From Patescibacteria group bacterium (lineage in GTDB: Bacteria > Patescibacteriota > Minisyncoccia > 2-02-FULL-40-12): a stretch of DNA of 64,000 nt. The notes beneath the pieces were generated by a model that did no database searches, was not told where the DNA came from, and was given only the letters and a program-made list of their open reading frames with translations. Below, one piece after another: positions 18,771 through 27,305 of the stretch. Both the position numbers and the translations under genes were made by a program. The stretch spans positions 24,215 to 88,214 of the forward strand of contig JBBTXZ010000005.1 in NCBI GenBank assembly GCA_038062015.1, written 5' to 3'. The first letter of the stretch is position 1. Each line of letters starts with the position of its first letter.

Positions 18771-19568
18771 ATGTTTATCGACGGCAGAAAGATCGCCTTT
18801 AAAATTTTAGATGAGCTGAAAGAGACCCTTCGACAAGCTCAAGGCAAGAAAAAATTAAGACTTGTCGGGATTTTGGTTGGGGAGAAACCAGAATTAAGAA
18901 AATTCATTGAATTAAAGAAAAAAGCGGTTCAAGAAATCGGGGTAGATTTCAGAATTTATGAATTTCCGGAAAATATCAGCAATAATCAGTTAAGAGAAGA
19001 ATTGAATAAAATAGTTAAAGCAAAAGTAAATCACGGAGTGATTATTGAATTGCCATTACCAAGCCATTTAAATACCCAGTATCTATTAAATACAATTCCC
19101 GAAAAAAAAGATGTTGATGTTTTGTCGCAAAAAAGCCAGGGTTTATTCTTCACGGGTCGAAGCAAAATTCTTCCGCCCTCTGTTGAAGCGGTGAAGCAGA
19201 TTTTTGAAGAATATAATATTGATCCGAAAGGAAAAACCGCGGCGGTTTTCGGATATGGATTTTTAGTCGGGAAATTAGTTAGTCATTGGTTGATTCAGCA
19301 GGGGGCGACGGTTTCAATAATCACCGAATTCACGAAAGGGCCGGAAAAATTTTCTAGAGAAGCGGATATAGTAATTTCCGGGGTGGGTAAGCAGAACTTG
19401 ATTACAGCAGATATGGTGAAAGATGGGGCAGCGGTGATTGATTTTGGCAAAGACGTTGATTTTGAAAATGTTTCTCAAAAAGCCGGATTGATAACGCCGC
19501 CTGTCGGCGGGGTCGGGCCGATAGTTGTGGCCAGTGTTTTAAAGAATTTATTGGAATTGTGGAGTTAA
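18771..19568 (+). CDS. folD: Bifunctional methylenetetrahydrofolate dehydrogenase/cyclohydrolase
   Basis: IDGRKIA, GVIIELPLP, KDVD, ADIVISGVG, ITPPVGGVGP. Confidence 0.88.
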   Translation: MFIDGRKIAFKILDELKETLRQAQGKKKLRLVGILVGEKPELRKFIELKKKAVQEIGVDFRIYEFPENISNNQLREELNKIVKAKVNHGVIIELPLPSHLNTQYLLNTIPEKKDVDVLSQKSQGLFFTGRSKILPPSVEAVKQIFEEYNIDPKGKTAAVFGYGFLVGKLVSHWLIQQGATVSIITEFTKGPEKFSREADIVISGVGKQNLITADMVKDGAAVIDFGKDVDFENVSQKAGLITPPVGGVGPIVVASVLKNLLELWS

Positions 19569-20008
19569 TTATTATTTTTTTTGCTAAGTATCTTGGTTAT
19601 ATTTTGTTAGCTGCTTTTTTAATTCTGTTTTTAAATAATCAGCGTAAAGATTTTTTAATTGTTCCGCTTTTTTCCGCGTTATTGTCCAGATTTGTTTTTA
19701 CGGAGATAATCAGATTTTTCTATTTTCGGCAAAGACCCTTTGTGGTAGAAGCGTTTATACCTTTGATTAACCATGCGCCGACTGCTTCTTTCCCTTCCGG
19801 CCATGCCGCTTTTTTCTTTGCCTTGTCGGCCGGAATTTATTCTTTCAACAAAAAAGCCGGTCTTTGGTTTTTTGCGGCTAGCTCTCTTTTGAGTTTCGCC
19901 AGAGTTTTTGCCGGACTCCATTATTTCACTGATGTCTTGGGCGGCTTTATTGTCGGCTTCTTATCTTATTTGTTAGTTAAAAAGCTTTCAAGTTTAAAAC
20001 TTTTATAA
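19559..20008 (+). CDS. PAP2 family phosphatase (undecaprenyl-diphosphatase-like)
   Basis: RQRPF, SFPSGHA, ARVFAGLHYFTDVLGG. Confidence 0.88.
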   Translation: MELIIIFFAKYLGYILLAAFLILFLNNQRKDFLIVPLFSALLSRFVFTEIIRFFYFRQRPFVVEAFIPLINHAPTASFPSGHAAFFFALSAGIYSFNKKAGLWFFAASSLLSFARVFAGLHYFTDVLGGFIVGFLSYLLVKKLSSLKLL

Positions 20009-20010
20009 AA

Positions 20011-20094
20011 TGCCGAGAGAGGGAGTCGAACCCTCAAGCCCTTGCGGACGGCTGATCTTGAGTCAGCTGCGGTTGCCAATTTCGCCACCTCGGC
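20011..20094 (-). tRNA. tRNA-Leu(CAA)
   Basis: Reverse complement folds as a cloverleaf: gctga-ctCAAga-tcagc anticodon arm, long variable arm, gggTTCGActccc. Confidence 0.95.
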
Positions 20095-20139
20095 TTATAT
20101 CTATTGTATCATTTTTTTCGCCGTTTTACAATTATAATA

Positions 20140-20904
20140 ATGGCCAAAGTAATCGGCATAGTTAACACTAAAGGCGGGAGCGGAAAAAGTACTACAAGTA
20201 TAAATTTGGGAGTTTATATGGCGGCTTTCGGTAAGCACGTTCTCCTCGTTGATTTGGATCCCCAGGCCAATGCTTCGGGTGGTTTGGGAATAAAACTGGA
20301 AAAAGACCAATACAATATTTATCATACCCTTGTGGCTGATGCAGAGCCCGGGGCCCTTATTAAAAAAACATCTATTTTTAATCTAGATATTCTGCCGTCT
20401 TCTGAAAGTCTGGCCGGCGCCAATATAGAACTTGTGAGTTTTAAAAACCGCGAGTTCCAGCTTAAAAAAGTTTTAGCTAAAGTTAAAAACGATTATGATT
20501 TTATTTTAATTGATTGCCTGCCTTCGGTCGGCATTTTGAACGTCAACGCCTTGTCTGCTTCGGACTATATTTTGATTCCGGTCCAGTCCGAGCATTTCGC
20601 TTTAGCCGGGCTTGATCAGCTTTTATCGGTTGTCGATTTGGTTAAAAAGTATTTGAATCCGGATTTGAGGATTCTGGGGGCGGTAGTGACAATGTTTGAT
20701 AAAAGAAACCAGCTGGATAGAAGTATTTTAAACCAAGTCCATAAAAATTTCCCGGGTCATGTTTTTAATGCCGTGATTCCGCGACAAGTCAGCCTTGCCG
20801 AATCTCCGAGCTTCGGGAAAAGCATTTTACAGCACGACCCTTATTCGAAAGGGGCTAGGTCTTATAGAGAGCTGGCGATCGAAGTAATGGATAAAGTTAA
20901 ATGA
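20140..20904 (+). CDS. parA: ParA/Soj family ATPase
   Basis: NTKGGSGKSTT, DLDPQANA, IDCLPS, LAESPSFG. Confidence 0.92.
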   Translation: MAKVIGIVNTKGGSGKSTTSINLGVYMAAFGKHVLLVDLDPQANASGGLGIKLEKDQYNIYHTLVADAEPGALIKKTSIFNLDILPSSESLAGANIELVSFKNREFQLKKVLAKVKNDYDFILIDCLPSVGILNVNALSASDYILIPVQSEHFALAGLDQLLSVVDLVKKYLNPDLRILGAVVTMFDKRNQLDRSILNQVHKNFPGHVFNAVIPRQVSLAESPSFGKSILQHDPYSKGARSYRELAIEVMDKVK

Positions 20905-20905
20905 A

Positions 20906-21253
20906 ATGAAAAAAATAAAGGGCAGAGGGCTTCAGGCTCTCATTCCGATAAAACCCAGAACCAAATCCAAAAGAAAAAAGGAAAATGTTTATTATGTTGA
21001 GATAAGAAAAATCAGGCTTACCCCGGAACAATTTAAGGAAGAAGTCAATAAAAAAGTTTTAAAAGATTTAACCGAGTCAATCAAGAAATACGGAGTGATT
21101 CAGCCGCTCGCCCTGGTCAAAGTTGAAAAAAGAAAAAAACATGGGATTAATGTTTATTATAAGTTGCTTGAAGGTCGAAAAAGATTTTTAGCGGCTAAAG
21201 AGGCCGGCCTAAGAGTAGTCCCAGCAAAGATAAAGAAAAATGACCAAGTCTAA
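20906..21253 (+). CDS. ParB N-terminal (ParB/Srx) domain-only protein
   Basis: GRGLQALIP, LTESIKKYGVIQPL, YKLLEGRKRFLAAKEAGL..VPA; ends before the HTH. Confidence 0.75.
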   Translation: MKKIKGRGLQALIPIKPRTKSKRKKENVYYVEIRKIRLTPEQFKEEVNKKVLKDLTESIKKYGVIQPLALVKVEKRKKHGINVYYKLLEGRKRFLAAKEAGLRVVPAKIKKNDQV

Positions 21254-22709
21254 AATTTTCCTGTTTTTGATGCTGGCGTTTATTTTGGGAGTCGGGAGCG
21301 GCTCCTTTTTTGATATATCTCAAGAGGTTTTTTTGGTTATTGCTATTATTGCCGTTTCTTTGGTGGCTGTTTTTTATCGTCAGGGTTCTAAAACTTTGAG
21401 TTTCCCGGTTGCTTTTAGCGCTTTTTTGATTCTAGCTTTTTCAGCCGGGGTTTTAAGATTTGACGTTTCCGAATCTATAAACAAAGTTTTAACCAGTTTT
21501 AACGATACAAATGTAAAAGTTGAATTGCGGGGATATATTAACGATGAACCGCAAAGATTAATTGATAAGCAGCGATTGACGCTTCAGGTTAAAGAAATTC
21601 GAGTGCCGGATTATGTTGACCCCGTTAGAGGCAGAGGCGCGCTGCGAGCCCTCGCGGCCTCTAACGGGGCGGTTTTTACCGATGAGAAGATTTTGACCAC
21701 CGTGAATTTATATCCGGAGTTTCAATACGGCGATTTGATTTCAATTGTAGGCATCCTCCAAAGTCCGAAAAATTTTGATGATTTCGATTACATTAATTAC
21801 TTGGCGAAAGATGGCATTTTTTCTTTGGTTTATTATCCGAAAATTTCTGAGATTTCTAAAGATGCCTTCTTCCGGCCTAAAGAAGTTTCTATTTTCGAAA
21901 ATTTAAAAATCGGCTTATTTAAGAATATTTTCAGGATTAAAAAATCTTTTGAAGAATCAATTGAAAGAGTTATCGCCGAGCCCAATGCCGCTTTGATTAA
22001 CGGGATTCTGCTCGGTTCGCGGGAGAATATTCCCCAAGACTTGAAAGAAGCTTTTAATAAAACCGGGACGACCCACATTTTAGCCATCTCCGGCTATAAT
22101 ATTACCATCGTCGGCCTTTATATTTCTTCATTGTTTATGTTTTTTATGCGGCGGCAAAAGGCTTTTTGGTTTACGGTTTTAGGCATAGTTATATTTACAA
22201 TTTTAACCGGCGCTTCAGCTTCGGTTATTCGGGCGGCGATTATGGGTATTTTGGTTTTGTTGGCCTATCGGGAAGGCCGATTCCACAACATGACCAACTC
22301 AATTGTTTTTGCCGGAGTAATTATGATTATCTTGAATCCGAAAGTTTTGAGATTTGATATTGGATTTCAGCTTTCTTTTCTAGCCACACTGGGGCTTATC
22401 TATCTTGCCCCTTTTTTAAGCGAGAAATTAAAGAGAGTGCCGGAATTCTGGAATTTCAGAGAAAATTTTATTGCCACCCTCTCCGCCCAAATAATGGTCT
22501 TGCCGGTAATTTTATATAACTTCGGCAGTTTTTCTTTGGTTTCTCTGCCGGCTAATGTATTGATTCTGCCGATTGTGCCGATAACAATGTTTTTCGGTTT
22601 TCTGGCCGGAGTTTCAGGATTGATTTGGCTGCGGCTTGGCGAAGCCATCGGTCTGATTGCCTGGCTTTTTTCCGAATATGAAATTTTAATCGTGAAGATT
22701 TTTTCTTGA
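21240..22709 (+). CDS. comEC: ComEC/Rec2 competence protein (membrane domain)
   Basis: GTTHILAISGYNI, SASVIRAAIM, DIGFQLSFLAT. Confidence 0.92.
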   Translation: MTKSKIFLFLMLAFILGVGSGSFFDISQEVFLVIAIIAVSLVAVFYRQGSKTLSFPVAFSAFLILAFSAGVLRFDVSESINKVLTSFNDTNVKVELRGYINDEPQRLIDKQRLTLQVKEIRVPDYVDPVRGRGALRALAASNGAVFTDEKILTTVNLYPEFQYGDLISIVGILQSPKNFDDFDYINYLAKDGIFSLVYYPKISEISKDAFFRPKEVSIFENLKIGLFKNIFRIKKSFEESIERVIAEPNAALINGILLGSRENIPQDLKEAFNKTGTTHILAISGYNITIVGLYISSLFMFFMRRQKAFWFTVLGIVIFTILTGASASVIRAAIMGILVLLAYREGRFHNMTNSIVFAGVIMIILNPKVLRFDIGFQLSFLATLGLIYLAPFLSEKLKRVPEFWNFRENFIATLSAQIMVLPVILYNFGSFSLVSLPANVLILPIVPITMFFGFLAGVSGLIWLRLGEAIGLIAWLFSEYEILIVKIFS

Positions 22710-22728
22710 ATAACATCCTAATTTACGA

Positions 22729-23622
22729 ATGTATCCAAATCTGCGAATAATTATTTTAGGGGTATTAACTCTATTTTTGGTTTTGACCTTTGTGGTTGAA
22801 TTCCGTGGCGAATACGGACTTAAAGTCTATTTTTTTGATGTCGGCCAGGGCGATTCAATTTTTATTGAAACAGAAGAAAAGAAACAAATTCTGATTGACG
22901 GCGGGCCGGATAACAAAGTGGTTCAAAAATTATCAGAAGCAATGCCATTTTGGGACCGAACCATAGACTTGGTTATTCTGACTCATCCGGACAAGGACCA
23001 TATCTTAGGTTTAATCGAAGTCTTGAAAAGATACCGAGTTAAGGGAATCATTGAAACTGGAATCGAATGCGGGAAAGCGGAATGTGTAGTCTGGAAAGAG
23101 TTGAAAGAAAAAGAAAAAGCGCCGGTTATTTTCGTGAAACTCGGCGACTCGTTAATACTTAACGAAAATACTAAAATTTTAATTTTAAATCCTTTCGCCG
23201 ATATGGCCGGAGAAAAAATTTCAAAAGCCAATAATTCTTCTATCGTGGCTAAATTAATCTACGATGGATACAGCATTTTATTGACCGGCGATATTGAGAA
23301 ACATATTGAAGAAAAGCTGGTTCTGGCCGGAGTAGACATTGATTCTGATTATCTTAAAATTCCGCATCATGGTTCTAAGACCTCAACCACCGAAGAATTT
23401 TTGGAAAAAATTTCCCCGCTTTCGGCTTTTATCTCTCTCGGCAAGAATAATTCTTACGGCCATCCGCATGATGAAGTTACCGGCCGTCTTGAAAAAAGAA
23501 ATATAAAATATTATCGTACTGATGAACTGGGAACTATTTTATTGAGTTGCAAGTTTAATGAACCGTGTTCAGTAAAATTCCAAATTCCAAATTCCAAAAT
23601 CCAAATAACAAATGACAAATAA
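22729..23622 (+). CDS. ComEC-associated metallo-beta-lactamase-fold protein
   Basis: FDVGQGDS, LIDGG, LTHPDKDH, LLTGDIE, KIPHHGSKTS, YGHPH. Confidence 0.9.
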   Translation: MYPNLRIIILGVLTLFLVLTFVVEFRGEYGLKVYFFDVGQGDSIFIETEEKKQILIDGGPDNKVVQKLSEAMPFWDRTIDLVILTHPDKDHILGLIEVLKRYRVKGIIETGIECGKAECVVWKELKEKEKAPVIFVKLGDSLILNENTKILILNPFADMAGEKISKANNSSIVAKLIYDGYSILLTGDIEKHIEEKLVLAGVDIDSDYLKIPHHGSKTSTTEEFLEKISPLSAFISLGKNNSYGHPHDEVTGRLEKRNIKYYRTDELGTILLSCKFNEPCSVKFQIPNSKIQITNDK

Positions 23623-23653
23623 AATCCAAAATCCAAATTCCAAAATAAATAAG

Positions 23654-24259
23654 ATGAAGAAATTACTAGCCGACCCCAAACATCCAAGGGAAGAAAAGAC
23701 CCTTGTTTTAATCAAGCCAGATGCCGTGAAAAGGGGGTTGGTCGGCGAAATAATCAAACGTTTTGAAAGCCGGGGACTTAAGATTATTGGTCTGAAAATG
23801 GTTCACGGCGCGCCAAAAGATTTTGACAAGCATTATCCTAAAAGCAAGGGATGGATTGCTAATTTAGGCAAAAGAACTATAGAAACCTACAAAAAATACA
23901 GTTACAGCTTGAAAAACGATTTTGGCACCGATGATCCGTTTAGAATCGGCAAAATTTTCCGTAACTGGCTGATTGATTTTATGGCTTCCGGGCCGGTGGT
24001 CAAGATTTTGATTGAAGGGGCTCATGCCATTGATGTGGTCAGAAAAATTGTCGGCGACACCCAGCCTCATTTTGCCCTGACCGGAACTATCCGCGGCGAT
24101 TTTAGTGTTGACTCGGCCGGCTCGGCGAATAAGTCAAAGCGGGCCGTTCATAATTTAGTTCACGCTTCGGGCGATAAAAATGAAGTCCGAAACGAAATAA
24201 TACTCTGGTTTAATCCCGAAGAAATCTGCGACTACAAGAGAGTGGAAGAGTTGATTTAA
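23654..24259 (+). CDS. ndk: Nucleoside-diphosphate kinase
   Basis: EKTLVLIKPDAVKRGLVGEII, GTIRGDF, NLVHASG. Confidence 0.93.
   Translation: MKKLLADPKHPREEKTLVLIKPDAVKRGLVGEIIKRFESRGLKIIGLKMVHGAPKDFDKHYPKSKGWIANLGKRTIETYKKYSYSLKNDFGTDDPFRIGKIFRNWLIDFMASGPVVKILIEGAHAIDVVRKIVGDTQPHFALTGTIRGDFSVDSAGSANKSKRAVHNLVHASGDKNEVRNEIILWFNPEEICDYKRVEELI
24204..24259 (+). repeat. 56-bp direct repeat copy 1 (ndk 3' end)
   Basis: tctggtttaatcccgaagaaatctgcgactacaagagagtggaagagttgatttaa. Confidence 0.95.
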
Positions 24260-24264
24260 TTGTA

Positions 24265-24675
24265 TTATTGCTGGATTTGAGTTATTGTTGGAGTTTTAAG
24301 TCCGGGTATTTTTTTTGATACATCTTCTTTAGCTAGAATTTTTGTTGCTAATTTAATAATTAAACTTAAATCAGGGCCGAATTTTGTGCCAATTTCGTCT
24401 AGGATTATCATTTCGTTAAGCAAATCTTCAAATTCTTCACTCAACTGGTCTCTAATCTTTTTATCTAAGGCATATTCAATTTTAATAAAACAATTACAGC
24501 CATCTTTTAGAGGAGTTTTTCCTTTCTGAAGAGCATCAATCACATCTAAAACCAGAAGAGCTGTTTCTCTTTCTATACCGGCAGTGTCTTTGCCTTCTTT
24601 TATCAAATTTAAAATCAACCGAAGCCGTTTTTGGATAATTTGATTATGTAGATTGTTTTTTTTCATTTTTACCAT
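24265..24675 (-). CDS. Hypothetical helical protein, possible immunity/antitoxin
   Basis: 136-aa ORF directly downstream of the 91-aa ORF inside the direct-repeat-bounded cassette. Confidence 0.6.
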   Translation of the reverse strand: MVKMKKNNLHNQIIQKRLRLILNLIKEGKDTAGIERETALLVLDVIDALQKGKTPLKDGCNCFIKIEYALDKKIRDQLSEEFEDLLNEMIILDEIGTKFGPDLSLIIKLATKILAKEDVSKKIPGLKTPTITQIQQ

Positions 24676-24683
24676 GATAATAA

Positions 24684-24959
24684 CTACTTTAAAATTATTT
24701 TTATGTCTTTGTGAATTACCCTGCCGGCTTTAACCACTACATGCCATACTTCAACTAACTTATTATTCTTAAATATTTTTACCATTTGCGATATGCCTTT
24801 ATCTTTTCCGAGAATTCCTCTTCTGACAATCTTAACAGAATAATTATCTATATTAACATAATCGATTTTTCTTAGCAATTTTGTGCCTCGGAAAGCGGTG
24901 ATTGATAATCGAGTTACAAGTTCTAAAATTTTAATAGTCCCTGAAGCAGGCATTGGCAT
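24684..24959 (-). CDS. Small basic hypothetical protein, possible toxin-like domain
   Basis: 91 aa; GKDKGIS...EVWHVVVKAGRVIHK with two His; AT-rich. Confidence 0.55.
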   Translation of the reverse strand: MPMPASGTIKILELVTRLSITAFRGTKLLRKIDYVNIDNYSVKIVRRGILGKDKGISQMVKIFKNNKLVEVWHVVVKAGRVIHKDIKIILK

Positions 24960-24997
24960 AAGTAAATTATACGAAGTATTAAGAGATGGTCAAAGAT

Positions 24998-25053
24998 TCT
25001 GGTTTAATCCCGAAGAAATCTGCGACTACAAGAGAGTGGAAGAGTTGATTTAA
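24998..25053 (+). repeat. 56-bp direct repeat copy 2 (duplicated ndk 3' end)
   Basis: Identical to 24204-24259. Confidence 0.95.
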
Positions 25054-25088
25054 AACCAAAAAACCGCTTTAAGCGGTTTTTTGGTTTT
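25052..25088. terminator. Bidirectional intrinsic terminator
   Basis: aaaaccaaaaaaccgctt-t-aagcggttttttggtttt. Confidence 0.8.
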
Positions 25089-25090
25089 AG

Positions 25091-25161
25091 TCGGGCTGCC
25101 GGGATTTGCACCCGGGCTAAATCGACCCCATCGACTCGTGCTGCTGCTACACCACAGCCCG
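25091..25161 (-). tRNA. tRNA-Pro(GGG) with atypical D and T loops
   Basis: cgggctg/cagcccg acceptor, agtcg-atGGGgt-cgatt anticodon arm, ccggg-tgcaaat-cccgg T arm. Confidence 0.85.
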
Positions 25162-25167
25162 TGTTTT

Positions 25168-25350
25168 TTATCTCGTTTCTTTATGCAGCGTCTTAATGCA
25201 GTCGGTGCAGATTTTCATTCTCTTGCCGTTAACTACGGCCCATTGGAGATTGGGTTTTTGGCGATGGGTGCTTGTTGGATTATAATGGCCGCGCAATAAC
25301 TTGCGTTTGGTAACTTTCATTGATTTTTTTCCGCATCTCGGACAACGCAT
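25168..25350 (-). CDS. rpmB: 50S ribosomal protein L28
   Basis: CPRCGK...QKPNLQ...KICTDCIKT. Confidence 0.85.
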   Translation of the reverse strand: MRCPRCGKKSMKVTKRKLLRGHYNPTSTHRQKPNLQWAVVNGKRMKICTDCIKTLHKETR

Positions 25351-25434
25351 ACAATTAGAATTTAGTAATTAGTACTTAGAATTAAAAAACTAAGATCGTT
25401 TACAGATTACCTTAAAAATGATAACTTTTCAAGA

Positions 25435-26046
25435 ATGGAAGGACTTTTACTCGTCGTTTTTCAAATCCTTGTGGTTTTGTTTTCAATCGTCATCCACGAA
25501 GTCAGCCACGGCTTAATGGCTTTGAGTTTGGGCGATCAGACCGCTAAAAACGCCGGCCGGCTGACCCTTAACCCCTTGCCTCACTTGGATATATTCGGAT
25601 CAGTAATCCTCCCTCTTTTGACTTTTTCTTTGGGCGGTTTTATTTTCGGTTATGCCAAGCCAGTGCCTTATAATCCTCTTTATCTCCGGGACCAAAGATT
25701 CGGCCCGGCCAAGGTCGGTTTTGCCGGGCCAGCTTCAAACATTTTAATCGCTTTGATTTTTGGCCTGATTTTAAGATTTTTACCAACGTTTCTTCAGGCC
25801 ACGATTCTTCCGGAGCTTTTTTCTTTCATTGTTTTAATAAACTTAGTTTTGGCAGTTTTTAATCTGCTTCCGGTGCCGCCCTTAGACGGGCACTGGTTGC
25901 TTTTAAGCGCTGTGCCTGAAAGATTTTACGGTTTTAAAAATTTTTACCTGCGCTACGGATTGTTTTTATTTATTTTAGTTTTACTTTTTGTTTTGCCGCT
26001 TATTTTCCCTCTGGTGTTTAAACTCTTTAAATTGATAGTTGGATAG
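25435..26046 (+). CDS. Site-2 protease (peptidase M50)
   Basis: HEVSHG, GRLTLNP, AGPASN, FNLLPVPPLDG. Confidence 0.92.
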   Translation: MEGLLLVVFQILVVLFSIVIHEVSHGLMALSLGDQTAKNAGRLTLNPLPHLDIFGSVILPLLTFSLGGFIFGYAKPVPYNPLYLRDQRFGPAKVGFAGPASNILIALIFGLILRFLPTFLQATILPELFSFIVLINLVLAVFNLLPVPPLDGHWLLLSAVPERFYGFKNFYLRYGLFLFILVLLFVLPLIFPLVFKLFKLIVG

Positions 26047-26104
26047 ATTTCTTGCGACGAAAAAATTTTTATGTTAGTATTTTTTTGCTAAATTGAAGTA
26101 ATTT

Positions 26105-26515
26105 ATGCCTACATTCAGACAGCTTTTGAAAAACCCGAGAAAAACATCAAAGGCGAAGACTAAGTCGCCGGCTTTGACTTTTGGATTTAATACTAATAAG
26201 AACCGGCCGGTTGACTATCCTTCCCCTTTTAAACGCGGGGTCTGCATCAAAGTTACAACTACCACTCCTAAAAAACCGAATTCGGCTCTAAGAAAAATCG
26301 CCCGGGTCCGGTTGACCAACGGCCAAGAAGTGACGGCTTACATTCCCGGCGTCGGCCATAACCTGCAGGAACACTCGGTGGTGGTGATAAGAGGCGGAAG
26401 GGTCAAGGATTTGCCCGGAGTCAGATACCATATTGTGAGAGGAGTTTTGGATTCAAGCGGTGTCGAAGGCCGGAAGCAGCAGAGGTCAAAGTACGGAGCC
26501 AAGAGGCCGAAATAA
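26105..26515 (+). CDS. rpsL: 30S ribosomal protein S12
   Basis: [23 protein letters not shown]. Confidence 0.98.
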   Translation: MPTFRQLLKNPRKTSKAKTKSPALTFGFNTNKNRPVDYPSPFKRGVCIKVTTTTPKKPNSALRKIARVRLTNGQEVTAYIPGVGHNLQEHSVVVIRGGRVKDLPGVRYHIVRGVLDSSGVEGRKQQRSKYGAKRPK

Positions 26516-26632
26516 GTTTTTGTCTGCGAGCGTTAGCGAGCAGTGACAAAAAGTTACCGAGCACATAATTAAATTTTATGTGCTCGGTGCTCAATGTTGT
26601 AGCTATTCGCTTCGCTCATAGACAACATTGGC
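26514..26632. repeat. Composite REP-like hairpin cluster
   Basis: tttttgtc..gacaaaaa, accgagcacata..tatgtgctcggt, caatgttgt..acaacattg. Confidence 0.8.
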
Positions 26633-27100
26633 ATGAGACAAGGACAAGCACCTAAAAGACCAAACGAACCAGACATTAAATACCAAAGCGCTCTAGTCGC
26701 TAAATTTATTAATTACATAATGAGAAGCGGCCGCAAGACGATTGCCCGCCGGATTGTTTATGATTCTCTGGAGAGCGCCGAAAAAAAATTGGGCAAAAGC
26801 CCTTTGGAAATTTTAGAGCAAGTCATAAAAAATGCCGGCCCGGATCAGGAATTAAGAAGCCGCCGGATCGGCGGGGCCAATTATCAGATTCCTTATCCGG
26901 TTAAGCAAGACCGGAGAATTACTTTAGCTTTACGTTGGATAATAGATGCGGCTAAAGCGAAAAAAGGGAAGCCGATGGATGATAAACTAACCCAGGAACT
27001 GATTGATGCTTTTAATAATACCGGCTTGGCAGTTAAGAAAAAGATAGATACTCACAGAATGGCGGATGCGAATAAAGCTTTTGCTCACTTTGCTTGGTGA
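26633..27100 (+). CDS. rpsG: 30S ribosomal protein S7
   Basis: RRIGGANYQIP, HRMADANKAFAHF. Confidence 0.97.
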   Translation: MRQGQAPKRPNEPDIKYQSALVAKFINYIMRSGRKTIARRIVYDSLESAEKKLGKSPLEILEQVIKNAGPDQELRSRRIGGANYQIPYPVKQDRRITLALRWIIDAAKAKKGKPMDDKLTQELIDAFNNTGLAVKKKIDTHRMADANKAFAHFAW

Positions 27101-27156
27101 CAGAGAGAATATAGAACACAGAATATAGAATATAGGATATAGGATATAGAATAAGA

Positions 27157-27281
27157 ATGACCAATTCCTTTAAGGATTTGATAGTTTGGCAAAAGTCTAA
27201 ACAACTAGCCGTAGAAATATATAAACTAATTTAGAAGAAATAATGAAAATATTAAACAACTTTGTTAAGAAGTTATCTTAG
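27157..27281 (+). pseudogene. Internally deleted four-helix-bundle (23S rRNA IVP-like) gene
   Basis: MTNSFKDLIVWQKSKQLAVEIYKL (27157-27228) joined out of frame to LEEIMKILNNFVKKLS* (27231-27281); flanked by (tatagaa)n and (ttctata)n. Confidence 0.75.
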
Positions 27282-27305
27282 TTTTAATTCTATATTCTAA
27301 ATTCT

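Noticed and set aside
25081-25299. 72-aa plus-strand ORF
   Set aside because: It overlaps tRNA-Pro and rpmB on the opposite strand.
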